Positions 48,651 to 62,282 are shown, counted from the first letter of the whole stretch. The stretch is DNA of 63,995 nucleotides, filler included, from Basidioascus undulatus (GCA_000826855.1; 10 parts of 10 records of this genome joined end to end with filler, not necessarily neighbours in it); one strand, 5' to 3'. Notes: a model not told the origin generated them from the letters alone. Numbers and translations: made by a program.

Positions 48651-50455
48651 ATGTCCACACAATCGGCACCGCGACGGAAAGTGCGTAGAAGTGCTTCATA
48701 GTTCTATCTGATGGTGGTGCTCAAAGCAGGCTGCATTGTCACAGGTCGCCGGTAAGATCGAGACGCGTGCACCCACTATCACCGCAGCGCCGCCCTCCCG
48801 CCTCACCGCGCCCTCGCTCTCCATCCTCTCCCCCGCTTCCTCCATCCGCGCGTCCCCATCCAGCACCCGCTCCTCCCCCGGCCCGCGCGCACCCTCCCCA
48901 AATAACAATGGCCTCCCCCGGCGCGTGAAGGTCGGCATGGACAACATGCCCAAGCTCGGCGTGCACGGACCGAGGCCGGACGACCTCCCGCGCCGCGCGA
49001 GTGCGAGCGGGTCAGACGAGAGCTGGGTCAGCTCTGGAGGGGCTGGAGGGGCCGGCGGAGGAGGGCAGCCAAGGGTGCTTTACTCCCCTGCTGCTGGCGG
49101 TGGGAGTGGTCCTGGCGTCCCATCATCCGCACCGCCCGGTCGGCCAGGCTTCCCGCGCTCCCCCTCCTCTACCTCGACACCCGGGAGCGTGCGCGCGAAG
49201 GTGGCGCCTATCTCCCTCGTCACGTCCAATGCGCGCGCAGGCACAGGCGCAGCTGGCGGAACAGCCAAAGTGCGCCCAGTGTCGGCGCAGAGCATCTTCG
49301 GTACGCCGTCCAGTCCCGCTGCCCCTCCGCGTCGGCATCACCGCACGCACTCGAACGCCTCGGACGGGACGGCGAGCACGGCCAGCTTGAGCGGCCGCTC
49401 GAACGGCGGCATCGCTCCTCCCCACCCTCCCCTGTTCTCCTCTGCCTCTGCTCCGCCAGTACCGCCACTTCCCCACCAACACGCCCACTCCGGCCCGCCT
49501 CCCTCACCGGCACCCGCATCCTTCTCCACCACTGCTTCCACACCCGTCCTACCCACCCGACGACTATCAGACGCCCATGCACCGGCGTCGGCTGCCCAAC
49601 CTTACCACACTCCACAACCTGCCACCACCGGGCCTCATGCACAGAGCCCCGGCTCCTCCGTCTCGGCTACGTCTGGCACGACCGCCGCGACAAGCGTGCC
49701 GGTTATGGAGGCGCCGGAGCTGACGACGGTGGATGAACCGGAGGCGCTGGAGGCGAAGGAGAACCGAAAAGTGCGTACTCTTGTCATTCCGAAATGGGCC
49801 AAGAGGATAAGGGACGGACGCTGAATTTTCCGTGAGTGCAGATCATGGATCTCGAAATCCGCAACAAATCCTTGTTTGTGCTTCCTTGATTGGCCGCTGC
49901 AACTCTTGGCTCATCCCATTCACGCGCTTCCACAGACTCGCCATCAACGCCATGCTCGAAGCCACGCGTTCCAAGCAAGTGCGCGAGATCCGGGATCTAA
50001 AGCGCAAGCTGCGCGAGTCGCGTGGCGGGCTGTACATCCCCTCCCTCCCCGGCGTCCCACCGACCTCTCTGATCGGGACCGCCGAGGCCGCCTCCGCCTC
50101 CTCGCCGGACGCCGGCACGGACGGGACCGGGAACCCGTTCTCGGACGACGAGTTCGACGAGGACGCGGAGGACGAGGCGTACGAGCGCGTGAAGCTCGTG
50201 CTCGACCGGCTCATCTCGCGCGGGCGCGAGGCGCTCGAGAGCAAGGCGGAGTTGCCGAGCGCCGGCGGCGGAAGGGTCCTCAGCGGCGAGGAGGCGGAAC
50301 GGTACCGCCGTCAGAGGTGGGACGAGATGGCGGACCCGCCCGCGCTGGCCGACGGGGACGAGAGCATGGCGGAGACGGCTGATGAGAGCTTCGCGGACGA
50401 GAGCTTTGTGAGCTCTGTGGCACTCAGCGAGAGCGAGGATGGGGTCGGGGTTTGA
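48651..50455 (+). CDS. Conserved uncharacterised fungal protein with C-terminal coiled coil
   Basis: Long Ser/Pro region, then EAKENRK|IMDLEIRNKSL|LAINAMLEATRSKQVREIRDLKRKLRESR and GRVL, with canonical introns. Confidence 0.8.
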
Positions 50456-51505
50456 GGATAGGGATAGCGAGGTGGGATGATGGGTTCGTTGTTGGTGTGG
50501 ACTATTCTTTCAATTCTACGGGGGCGCTCCTACCCACGCCATTCTTCTTTCGACATTTCAATTGCACTTGCGCCTTCACATCACGCCCGCTGCTTCTTTC
50601 ACACACGCTCGTTCTCATTCGCATCACTACCACTGCTATCACCACTATTGCTGTCTACGCATTGCATTGTTCCGTTTCGTTGATCCATTCACACGACCTC
50701 CACTTGTCGCATTGCGCTTTGGTGCTTGGGCTGACAGCGAGTGCCTGCCTGCGCTGAGCTTGCGTTCCGTCGTGGTCTAAGCCGACTCTATGCGTACTTA
50801 GGGTCAGTTTCAAAGGGCATTTCTCCCGAATAAGGTGGCGGATGGCTTCGCAGCGTAGCAGGAACCCTTTTCATGCCGAACAGCATCTGCACCTCACGCA
50901 GCTGCCCGAAAGACCAGCTACACCTCAACCCTTTCGGCATACCTTGTGAATATTCTATTTTGTTGCGCTACGTTCTGTCTGAGATCAGCAAGAGCGACCC
51001 ATGGAACGAAGCAGCCTAAGCGTGCGGACAGGCTGCTGTTGCAAGCGGCTGCGAGATTCGCTTCTGGCTGACCTCTTAGCTATGAACCTCGATATCCTAG
51101 CCGAAGGCAGGCTCGTGGATCGCACGCAGTCTGAACTTCACGGGAAACTTCGCTACTTGGGAAGCTGGCCTCCATTTTCTTACAACCTAGCAAGAATACA
51201 AGCCTTGCAGTAGCTTGCTCGACCACCAAAACGCCTTCGAGTCAACCAGTTGCCAGGGTGTTCTCCGACAGTCCGTTTGTGGACAGAACAAACCCGATGA
51301 TTGCTATCTGCAAACTTCTTGAATTGTTGTACCAGCTTGGTGGTCACTATCGAATAGCACTCAGCTGCTGAGCGAGGAGCAAGTCCATTCTCGTCGGAAA
51401 AAGGAAAGTAGAGACGATGAAGTAGCCCTTTTATCATAGCTTCAAGAACAACAATGTGGAGGAGTGTTTTGTGTGTAGGAGAGAAAGAATAACACAGGTG
51501 AAAGG

Positions 51506-51605
51506 NNNNNNNNNNNNNNNNNNNNNNNNNNNNNNNNNNNNNNNNNNNNTTAATTAATTAANNNNNNNNNNNNNNNNNNNNNNNNNNNNNNNNNNNNNNN
51601 NNNNN
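51506..51605. other. Artificial contig linker
   Basis: N44-TTAATTAATTAA-N44. Confidence 0.99.
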
Positions 51606-52382
51606 CCTCTTCCTCCTCCTCGCGCCCCTCCCCCACGCCCGAATTCTCCTTCTCCCCCTCCCCTGATTGTTCGATGACTGTTCCATGTATACAGAAGGTG
51701 CTATGCTGGTCCATGCCCCTACCACTTTGTTGCTCTCGTATATTCTCCATCGCTACCGCTTTCTAACACACTTACATTCCTTACCACGATACCTCATCCT
51801 CGTAGTCCCCTTTGCTTACGGACCCAGCGGTACCTCGCTCACTCTCATTTTAGTCTCCTTTCGCTCACGCACATTGCTGCGTCGACCTATTCTGCCGTCT
51901 CTCGGAATCGTCGGAATCACACACGTAATGCATTCGACTTGGCGTACAATCACACCGCCGCTGGATTTGTGCAATTGCCGCTGACAGTCGCAGTGCACTC
52001 CAGGCTGCTAACACGTTGATGCCCAGGCAGTTCCGCAGTCGACTCCAACTGACTGTCCACATGTTTGATTTCTTGCGGCTACCAGTGTAAGTCGCTGCAG
52101 CCAGACCAAGTACTGCCAGCACACCTGCACAGCGGTCGCAGTCGGGCACAAGAGTCTGAATTGTACACACCACACAGACCGGTCCCTTCCAGATCGAGAG
52201 GAAGAACACAGAAATAAAGCAAGGATTGGAAATGCGGCTCCCGTCCCTCGTCCAAGATCCCTCCACATCCCTCCACATTACCTGATAGTCCATGTCATCT
52301 TATTGTCACCATCCTCCTCCATCCACGCCGTCGCATCCCATCTTCCCATCTACGCAACGTCCTCCCCCTCTGCGCTCCCAGC

Positions 52383-54368
52383 TCAAAGCTCATCATGGTG
52401 CGCTTCCGTCTTCTCCGCCTCCTTGGCGGCGGTGGTGGACGACGCGTCCGCGGCCGCGGGTGCCTTGGGGGTGGACGCGCGGTTCTCCTCGACGAACTCG
52501 TACAGGCTCTCGAGGCTGCGATCACCGTTGTAGTCGATCCACTCGCGCGCGCCGGCAGCCTTGAACTTGAGCGTGGGGAAGCCCGAGACGGAGAAGGGCG
52601 CGGACGGCGGGACGTCGTTCTCGGTCGCGTCCATCTTGGCGATCACGACGTTGACCTATAGAAGCGGGCGGGGAGGCGAGTCAGCCATACTTGTTTGATA
52701 TGAGAGGACAGATGGGCAGAGAAACGCACATCGTCGGAGTACTTCTCGCCGAGAGTGTCCCAGGTAGGGGCAAGGCGCTTGCTGCAAGAAACAACGGAGG
52801 CCATTAAAAACAGAGACCTCAACGGTACTCCCAAGCCAAGTGGCAACGTACCAGTGACCGCACCACGGCGCGTAGAACTCAGCGAAGACGTCCTTCTCGT
52901 CGTCGTAGACGATCTCGTTAAAGATGTCGGCGACGAGGACGGTGACGGGCTCGCCGTTAGACTCGGGGACGGGCGCGGACTTGATCGAGGGCGCGATCTC
53001 GCCGGCGGTGAAGGCGCGGACGAAGTCGGCGAGGGACTCGGGCGTGAGCGACTTGTCCTCGCTGAAGGGGAACTTAGTCTGCTCCTGAATGTTCTGGATG
53101 ACGAAGCCGGGCCAGTTGCCCTTGACGAGGTTGAGCGACTTGCCGTGGTCTGTTCACGCGACCAGCCCACGCTCAGCATCGCCGTCCAACACCTAGCGAG
53201 GGAACAAGCAAAGACGCACCAACAAACTTGATGCCGTCGATCCAGACAAAGTTGATCTTGCCCTTGTAGTCCTTGGCGATCGTGCGGAGCTCGTTGATGT
53301 ATCGTTCGAGCTGCGAGTCCTCCGGGTCGACGAAGAGGTACGCGAGCGGGATGCCGGCCTCAGCGTAGATGGCGAAGTTCTCGGGGCCGATCTCGTCGAC
53401 GAGCGGGAGCGAGTTCTCCTTGAGGAAAGCGGCAAAGGACTCCTCGGTGAAGTCGCTCACGTCCGCGTCGTTCCGGCCCTCGTCGAACTGCTTGTAGAGC
53501 GCGACCGCGGGCGGCGTCACGCCCGCCGCGGACGCGAGCGCCGGGTCGGTCACCTCGCCAAAGAGGAACTCGTCGCGCAGCTTGTTGGCGATCGAGTGGA
53601 AGGTGCGCGAGACAGGCGAGTCCTTGGACGCGTACGAGACGAGCACGACCTTGTCCTGGGTCTTGAAGGAGTCGTGGTTGTCCGCCGTGACCTCAGAAAC
53701 CGCAGGGAGAGCTTGCCTGAAAAGGGGAGAATGCTTCAGGTCAACTCCCGCGAAGCCCCTGTACTCCTTGGGCACACGCACTTGTTCATGTAGCTGATGA
53801 TGCCGTCCGCCTTCCGGGGGCCAGCGTAGTCGGAAGGAGTGCCATTCCGGAAGACCTTCAGAGTGCTATCCGCCGCCTCCCCGGACATCAGCATCCCACC
53901 GTCGCCACAGCCCTTTCCTAAAGGGGAGGTGAAAGACTCACGGGTAGCCCCGAACGCCGTTCTCCGAGCACAGGTCTTGCTCGACCGTGCAGTCCACCTT
54001 GGCAAGCTTGATGTTCTTGCCCTTGAGCTCCGTCGCAGCCTCCTCGTACTGCGGCGCCAGCGCTTTGCCTGTTCAATGAAGATGGGAGCAGTCAGCATCC
54101 AATCCCGGGCGAAGCCGAGACATAGCCGTCGTGGCCACGCACAGTGGCCACACCTGGAACGGGGAGTATACGGTCAGTGGAATTGCTCCAGTAATCCCAC
54201 GGACATACGGGAGACTCACCAAGGCGCAAAGAACTCAACGAGCATGAGCGGCTCGGGGTTGACGGTCGAGTCGAAGGTGGTGGACGTGAGGTCAATCACG
54301 TCCGACGCCGCATCAGCAGCGGCGAGGGCGAGGGACGCCACGAGGGGGACGAGCGGGGCGAGACGCAT
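52383..54368 (-). CDS. PDI1: Protein disulfide isomerase
   Basis: Signal peptide, two APWCGHCK active sites (both split by introns), [18 protein letters not shown]-terminal HDEL. Confidence 0.97.
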
Positions 54369-54762
54369 AGCAGCCGAGCGAGTAAAAGGAGTGGCGGGTG
54401 AAGGTAAGGAGGAAAGGAGGAAGGAGAGGCCTGACTGAAGTGCGAGGCGGTGGGGGTTGCGGTTCAAGAAGCCCGGCTGCGTCCAGAGCGAGACGGCTCA
54501 GTCGCGCGTGCCTCGGCTGGCACTGCAACGTGGCACGCTGACTGTCTTCTCGCTCGCAGCCTTGTAAGCTTGTTTTAGTCCACCAGCCTCCTCTATTCAT
54601 TTTTGATATTATTCGATCAAGTCAGAAGCAGGCATGCAGAACAAAGGTTGGTCATAAAGCTATGACACATCAAACAAGCTAAATTGCGAAGCAGGCAAGC
54701 CTAACAGACATCAATCGCCACGCCACACATCATTGTCCCTCCAAAGACCCTCCACCTCCTAT

Positions 54763-55871
54763 TCAAGCAATAGAACGGAGGTTGAAGTCGCTGCCCTTGG
54801 ACTTGCCGCTCGGGTATGACTTAACGCCGGGCGTGAACGTCCGGGGGACCGGGAACTCGTGCGAAGGCGGGAATTTGTAGTTGCCGAGGGAAGGCGGCGG
54901 CGACGGGACTGCGAAGACGACAATCAAGTCAGCGTTCACGACCTCCCTTGACCTTTGCAGCTAACCACCCTGAACTCACTGCGCGAAACGTGCGAGTTTC
55001 CGTTCATCCCTGACACGGGCCCGCTGACGGTGCGGTTCCTCGCCAGCGCGGCAGGGCTAGGCGCCGCCGGGGGCGGAGGCAGTGCACTGGGCGGGGGAGG
55101 AGGAGGCGCAGAGGGTGCGCTGCTGATGCGAGAGCGGGCGGTCGGCGAAGGGCTGGCGACGGAAGGAGGGGGAGGGGGAGTAGCACGAGGCGGAGCAGGC
55201 GGGGGAGCCGGGCTGCGTGTGGGCTGAGGAGGCGGCTGTGAGACGGGCCGCGGCGGGGGCGGGATAGACCTAGAGGGCGAAGAAGCCGAAAGAGTGGACA
55301 CCCGCGGGGGGGCCGGTGGCGCGCCGGTGCGAGGTGGAGGCGGCGGCGCCGGGGTGGCACGCGGGGGAGGAGGAGGAATGGAACGAGCGGGACTGCCTGG
55401 GCTTTCAGCCCGTGGAGGCGGTGCGGGGACGCTAAAGTGATCACGAAATAAGCATAGCCCGATGGACGGGGCACATGGTCTCTTACCGACGTGAAGGGAG
55501 AGACGGCGGCGGAGTACCAGAAGATGCAGGCCTCGGCGGAGGAGGCGGAGGGGCCATGGACGAAGGGCGAGGCGGCGGCGGCGGTGCAGGGGATCGTCTA
55601 TAGATTCTCCGTCAGCAACCCAGCACCTTTCCCTGTTCTCTATCAGATGCAACGCACGAAGGCAAGGGCGGAGCCGCCGAGGTCGGCCTGGAAGGCAAGG
55701 TCGGAGGTGTACGACTGGGCAGCGTCGGCGCCGTACGAACAGGCGGGGCCGGCGGGGGTGCCGGAGGGGCCACAGGCGGACGAGACGGCGGGAGAGGGGG
55801 CGGCGCAGCGGGAGCGCGTGGAGGAGCCGAGGGGGGTGGGCGAGGCGGTGCGCGCGGTGAGGGAGGCGCGG
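54763..55871 (-). CDS. VRP1: Verprolin/WIP-like proline-rich protein, C-terminal part
   Basis: Poly-proline tracts ending in YKFPPSHEFPVPRTFTPGVKSYPSGKSKGSDFNL, a verprolin-like WASP-binding C-terminal motif. Confidence 0.75.
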
Positions 55872-55971
55872 NNNNNNNNNNNNNNNNNNNNNNNNNNNNN
55901 NNNNNNNNNNNNNNNTTAATTAATTAANNNNNNNNNNNNNNNNNNNNNNNNNNNNNNNNNNNNNNNNNNNN
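55872..55971. other. Artificial contig linker
   Basis: N44-TTAATTAATTAA-N44. Confidence 0.99.
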
Positions 55972-57807
55972 CTCCCTCGGCGGCGGGAGGGTTGCCGTGG
56001 GCGGCGCGGGCGGAGCGCCGCCCTGCAGGGGGATCGCCGCGCCGAAGCCAGGCATGCTCGCCGCGACGCCTGCACCGAGAGCCTCCGCGAGCCCCAGCAA
56101 GCCCGCCGCGGCCGAACCGATGCCGTTGTTGGTTGCCTGCCCGGCGCCGCCGCCACCGCCCTGCGCGTCGAGCCCGACCCCGCGGCGCGTGTGCAGGTTC
56201 TTCTTGGCCATCTCAGCCTTGAGCACGCAGCCCTTCTCCGCGTCCACCTTACGTCCCGAAAGCACGTCGCGCGCCTCGAGCGCCTCGTGGCGCGTGCGGA
56301 ACTTGGCGAACCCGATCGTCTGCTTTCGCGACGTTCCGGACGCCCCGGTGCCGCTCGCGCCCGCAGCGCCACCCGCGGCGTCACGCTGGGCGGAGAGCGC
56401 GAGCGCGAGGGAGCCGTTGAGGAGGGACGCGGGCGCGGGACCGCCGTGCCCGAATGCGGTCTCGTCCGGCCAGCCGGAGAGGTCGCGGTCGAGCACCATT
56501 CCGCTCGAGGAGACGTTGACGAGGTTGTACGGGTCCATGCCGCCGAACGGACGCGCGTTTGCGCCCGCGCCGCCCGGGCCGAGCGACTCTTTGGCCGGGA
56601 TTTTGAGCGTCGCTGCCTCGAAGCCGGGGCTGAAGGTGAACATATTTTGGAACTCGCGCTCCTGTAACACATTAACTAACGTCAGTATCGGCACGAAAGC
56701 GGTCAAAATGTGGCGGAAAGTGCGTACCTGCATGTCATCAGGGAAGCCCACGACGAAGATTGTGGAAATCTCCTCAGGCGGCGCGCCAGGCGCGGGCGCA
56801 GGTGCGGCGCCCATTGCCGACCCGAGGCCATGTCCCGGGAATCCCGCGAGCGCCGGATGGCCGACGAGCGCGGGGTTGAGTCGGCCGAGAGGGGGATGCA
56901 GTCCAGGAGCGGACGCGGGCGGGTTGTTCGGTTGCTGTGGCGGCGGTTGAGAGGAGGGCTGCTGGTGGTGGTGGAAGGACTGGAGGCTCGTGTGCGGGCC
57001 GCCGAATCCTGGCGGCAGGCCGAACGGCGGCGGTTGTGCCCATGGATCAGAATCGCCCATCCCGACAGCGGAGGACGAGCCAGTGCCTGCCTGCGCTCCG
57101 CCAGGTCCGCCAGCGCCCTTGTCGGCGCTCCCGAAGCACGTCTCGAGCTGGGACGGCTGCGATGCGCTCGACGACGAGAGCTGGGAAGTCGAATAGGACG
57201 GGCTGAAGGGCTCGACGGTCGCGGAGAGGTGCGACTTGGGCGGGGAAGCGGAGTTGGACGCGAAGGAGGACTGCTTGTTGAGCGACTGCTGGTGCGCGCT
57301 CGGCTCGCTGCGCGGATGTTGCGACTGCGCGTCGTGCGCGCCCGCGCTCGCGCTGCTGCCGTACATCGATCCCATGAGGGAGCTGTACCCGAAGAACGGC
57401 TCGGGACTGCTGCCGAACGCTGTCAAGGCCGAGGGCGGCGAGACGGGGTGCGACGGCTGAGGCGAGAGGATGCTCGGCTTCCCGGACCCGATGGTCGTGG
57501 TCGGATTCAAAGACGGTGAGGTTGAGGAGGTGGAAGACGGCGAGGAAGAGGAGGCGGAGGAGGATTGGGCCTGAGAAAGGTGCGGGAGGTCCGAGGGGAA
57601 GGACGTGGTGTCGGACGACTGCTGCTCGGAAAAGCCGTTGCTCTCGGACGCGACCGCCGGAGGAGAGTCCCTGAAGGACGTCGCGGTGCTCGCGAGAGGG
57701 GCGTGGTTGGAGTCGCCCGTGCGGGAGAAGTGGAAAGAGAGGGCGGGGGACGGGGGCCTGGCAGTCGTCATGTTGTGCGAGTGGAACGCGAGAGCAACCT
57801 TGCTCAT
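55972..57807 (-). CDS. Scw1/Whi3-like RRM RNA-binding protein (3' truncated; start uncertain)
   Basis: EEISTIFVVGFPDDMQ|EREFQNMFTFSPGFEAATLKIP...IGFAKFRTR..ALEARDVLSGRKVDAEKGCVLKAEMAKKNLHT. Confidence 0.85.
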
Positions 57808-59802
57808 ACCGCTATAACGGGCTCAGCAGTTCAGCAGGAGACTTTGCAGATGCTGGGGGATGTGAAACGCACGCGGATGAAGCGTGTTCGCTTGTCGACG
57901 GCTTGGGAAAGGCGGTGGGGGGTGCGTCGTCGGGGAGAGAAGACGGTGCGACGCGGTGGGCGATGTGGAGGGCGAGTAGTTAAGCGGAGAGGGACAATGC
58001 AGATAACGAACGAGCTGGTATCGAATGCAGTTACGGGGGAATGATGCAGCGGCGGCGAAGAGACGTGCAGAGGGGGAGGACGGGATGTCGTGAGGCCTGT
58101 CGCGTCGACGAAGCCGCGCCCGCCTGTGAGCGCTATCGCTGGCGTAACCCAGTCAACGAAGGACCCACCTAGATGTCAGACACTACCCTCAACGTGATCC
58201 ACCCAGAAAAAGACGCGTCCGAGCGGCGACTGGGACGCGACGGCGTCTCGACGACGACGGAGGTCAGGGTGGCGTCGAGCGGGCGCGGGACGCGTGTCGA
58301 CGGGGAAAAGGCGCGCGTAGATGGGGAGGGCGGGGTGCGGGATGGGGAGCAGATGGGGTGCGATGGGCAACTGGGGCTCTGCGATGGGCGCGAAGGGGCG
58401 AGGGGCCAAGACGCGACTGGAGCGTGTTGTAATAACAGGGATGATGGGCGGCGGCGAGTTCAACGTGAAGGGGGGGAAATGGCACGCCCGCCGGGCCCTG
58501 GCTGTTTGGCGCGATTGTCTCAGTCCGGGTTAGGTTTCTACCTCAAAGGCGACTCTGGAAATTGCTGACCAATATGTACCATCCTCCCGCCAGACCATCC
58601 AAGCAACCGAGGAGTGAAATACAGGCGCACCTGTAAAAGAAAGTACCAAATGCAGTAAGCGACCCGAGGCCTGGAGTCGAAGGCGAGGGCCGAGGGGCGG
58701 CGCCCATGGCGAGGGCGAGTTCGGCCGTCGAAGGCGTGGAGGTCGAAGGGGAGCAGAGTGGGTCGGAAAAGCAGAAATAGAAAAGAGGCCTTCGAAAAGG
58801 AAGCAAGAGCAATGTATAGCACTGATAGACGACATAAACCTGCGGATACGCGAGAGAGTGTCAGTGGGATGGAGCGGGAGGTGGTCAGCCGAGCAGAGAT
58901 GGCCCGTCCAGGACGAGCTCAAAGGAAAGGCAACCATCTTACATATCAACCTCCAACTCGTCCAGCGCATAGAACAATCCCAACGGCGTCCACCATGAAC
59001 CATAACACCCCTGACCCCGCCACCGACCGCACCAAGCTTGCAAGGAAGGGAACGTACTCGATACGGGGCTGCCACTTCCCTGCTTAGTCAGCGCTCATCC
59101 AAGCCAGCCATTCGAGCTACAATGCAATAGGAAGCTCCTTTGGAAGCCGTAGCGGATGGTTGCTGCAACTGGCTCGGACCGGTGGAGGAGACGAGTGTGT
59201 GGTAAGAGAGCGAGGGCAACCGGCCAGACGAGCAGCGAGCGCTTGACCGAAAGTGATATCACGCCCGGAGCGGGAACACTCGGTTGTTTCTGGCCTTGGA
59301 TCGGACGGGAGTCGGATCCAGGGCGGCTCGGGGGCAACGTAGCTGGCAATATTCGAGGGATTTGCATCAGAGTTGCAGCTTTAGGTGGAATGAAGAGGTG
59401 AAAGGGTGACTGTGAATGAAAGGTGCAGCAGCTGCAGGAAGTGAGTTGGGGTTTGGCTGACGGCTGACGGCGCCTGCTCTCGGGTTTCACTTTCAGTACC
59501 ATCGGTCACCCAAGACTCCATGTTGTCCTCGATTATATTCTCTCCAAAACACCAGTTCTGTAGCATGAAGGTCGCCGAAATATCGAGCGAGGCAGCGAGA
59601 CGACAGAGGCAGGCTGTTCAGCTTTGACGTTTGACACCGGATGCAAACTGGCCTCTTCCCAAATTCTCGCCGCCGAGTCGCCTTGCCCATCTTCCACGGC
59701 CACACTTTCAGCGCATTAGCCCGCGCCTCGCGCCTCTACTCCCATCAGTACCTCCATTTCACACCAGATTATCCTCACATTACCCATCTGCATCTGCCCA
59801 AA

Positions 59803-60234
59803 ATGGGGAAAACACCGTCGGCGATCAAGAACAAGATGAAGCGGGAGCAGGTGCGGTCTTCCTTCCCTTCCCCCGTCTCTTCCTCCAGTTCAGACTGAAC
59901 CGGCAGGGGACCTGCATGGACAGGTGTACCATGCGCAAAGGCGCGACAAGGAGCAGGCCAAGTTGGAGAAGCGCATGAAGCGGAGGAAGGCAGAGACGGA
60001 CGAGGAGCGTGCGGTGCGTTGCCTTCTTTTGTCTCTCCTACGCGTGCTGCGACCCGGCTGAACTGTGAGGGGAGCGGCACAGGCCCGGAAAGCTGTGAAC
60101 GTCCCTAAAACGCTTGATAACACGCGCGAGTACGACCCGACCATCATCGGGTCCACGTCCGCTGCCGCCGCCGCTGCTGCTGCCGCACCCGTCCCATCCA
60201 CCTCTGCCCTCCCCCCCACCGGCGCGGCCGACGG
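59803..60234 (+). CDS. RPF1: Brix-domain ribosome production factor Rpf1, N-terminus only
   Basis: MGKTPSAIKNKMKREQ|VYHAQRRDK..KLEKRMKR..|ARKAVNVPKTLDNTREYD. Confidence 0.8.
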
Positions 60235-60334
60235 NNNNNNNNNNNNNNNNNNNNNNNNNNNNNNNNNNNNNNNNNNNNTTAATTAATTAANNNNNNNNNN
60301 NNNNNNNNNNNNNNNNNNNNNNNNNNNNNNNNNN
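60235..60334. other. Artificial contig linker
   Basis: N44-TTAATTAATTAA-N44. Confidence 0.99.
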
Positions 60335-60749
60335 GGGGGGGGGGGCGTTTCCCCCCGTGACACACTCGTCTTCCGATGCTTGAAATGCCAAATATAAATA
60401 ACAGGACCCATTTCTATCCAGATATGCCTTGAAAAGCAGTATTGAAGTCGGTGGGCCGTTAATTCATTACCGGCAATGCGCTATGTCTTATGGGAGCGTG
60501 AGGTTATTGACTTGAGCTGTATGATGAAGTTTTTCCTGTGCTATCGACAGGTTATGTACTGGAGATATAGCTCAAAAATGGGCAGACCTTGCCAAGACTC
60601 CCCTGCACATTTGTCGTCTACAGGTGCTGCATCCTTACCATTCTGCGTGCCTCGGCCTCATCCACATCCCGGTAACGGTACGTCTTTTGCCTCTCCTCTC
60701 TTATCGCCACACCGAGCCACTCCGAGCGTTTATCTACCTCGTAACCACA

Positions 60750-61160
60750 ATGCTCTGCCCTCTCCTACCAGTCATCCTGCTTTCGGCCTTTCTCGCGACT
60801 GTCGCCGCGCAGAGCGTCGACACTTCGGGTGCTACACGCCGCTGCGTCATTCGGTGGTCACTCAACCAGACTTTGCTGGCCTTGGGAGGAGCAGATCCGT
60901 TTCCATCTGTCTTCTCCCTCGGTTGAAATGAGGTGGCGTTCAACATCAAGTCAAAATGACCATTTTAATCGACCTCAAACTTGCCGCTAACGTCTGTATC
61001 TTTGGTTACGTAGGATCCAACACCTCGGAAATCCCAACACCGTCCGCTTCTCGTTCTCTTCCAAGATCCAGTGCATCGAGCGTGCTCTTGAGCGGTGCCC
61101 GCCAAAGAAATCACGTTCTCGCCGGGCGCGAGCAGTGGGAAAGCGAGCTTGGTGATCAAG
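60750..61160 (+). CDS. Possible small secreted protein or remnant; structure unresolved
   Basis: Signal-peptide-like MLCPLLPVILLSAFLATVAAQSVD. The downstream frame is not cleanly recoverable. Confidence 0.25.
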
Positions 61161-62282
61161 TAGGTCGAGTAAGTTTCGTGGCACCGTCGGAGGGTTCATG
61201 GGCCAACGATAGGTCCCTGTAGTTTGAGGGAGCAAGCCTTGGAAGACATCATGTTTGTCCGGAAGGGGAAACGGCGACACTTCTTGGCTTGGAAGAAAAG
61301 TGTGTTTGACTCGGAGTTTTTTCCCCTTTTCGCCTTCCAATAAAGGGAAATTGATCCCATCGATTCCAGCTTTACTGTCGATTCCGCCTCCGCATACGAG
61401 TCTTGGGGCTTCGATTTCCGTTCCCTGGCGACGGGCGACGCCGAGACACTGCCTTCCTCCTCGGCTGCTCCTCCTGACTCTCACCCCTTCCCGCTCGAGG
61501 CAGGGGGTACCCGCTCCTACTCGAATAATGCATAAATAACTCTAGCGACGACAGCCGGGTGGTACCAAGGTTTCGCAGTGGCCTGCTTGGTCTTTGTGGC
61601 GTTGGGGGCATTGAGGGTGCTAGATGTGGTGGGTGGGAACTCTTGCAATCGCTATGGCGGCGTATAAGCCCAACGGACAGGAGAAGGACATCCCCGTCGA
61701 AAATTACAGTGTCGAGGAGGATACAGAGTCTGAGAGCGTGGAGGGGCTGGAGATGAAGAAGATCTAAGGCCCGACCGCATGCATCGATACTAGACTCCTG
61801 TGGATCTACATTTGGTCGTTGGTTGGTGTACTATGAGGCACAGCACAGTCTTGTCCTTCAGTCGATTGGACACTGAGCCAGTGTTTGCACGGACATGCAT
61901 TATGACACTCCGTGCCCTGTGGTAGAACACAGTCCTACCGAACACCCAGTAATCTTGGTCCATCGAGGGGCTCAGTGGAAACGATGTTTGGGCAGTTCGC
62001 CTACGCACGGATGTGAGGGGGATGGGACGGTGCAGCGAAAAAGCATCAAGCCCACTGCTATTCAATGCTGCAACCCTGCAACGCTTACATTATTCAAAAT
62101 TTCTGATAATTAACACTCCAGGAGTGCGCGGCGGGCTCAGATTTCCCATCCTGGCCTTCTCTGTTCCACGGCCCGCTCCGCAGCTCTAACTCGCCGTGGA
62201 GTCGTGGACTGCCCTGACAGGTTGTCTTCTTCACCTCATCCCTAGAGCTGACCACGAGATCAAACATACTTCACCGCTAGCT

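Noticed and set aside
14495..60234. Apparent cluster of ribosome-biogenesis genes (TSR3, SPB4, RBG1, RPF1) and actin-patch genes (MYO1, VRP1)
   Set aside because: They lie on separate contigs, so there is no evidence of physical linkage.
4293..60334. Regularly spaced TTAATTAATTAA motifs as a biological repeat or CRISPR-like array
   Set aside because: Always embedded in N44 pads and encoding stops in all six frames, which marks a synthetic linker.
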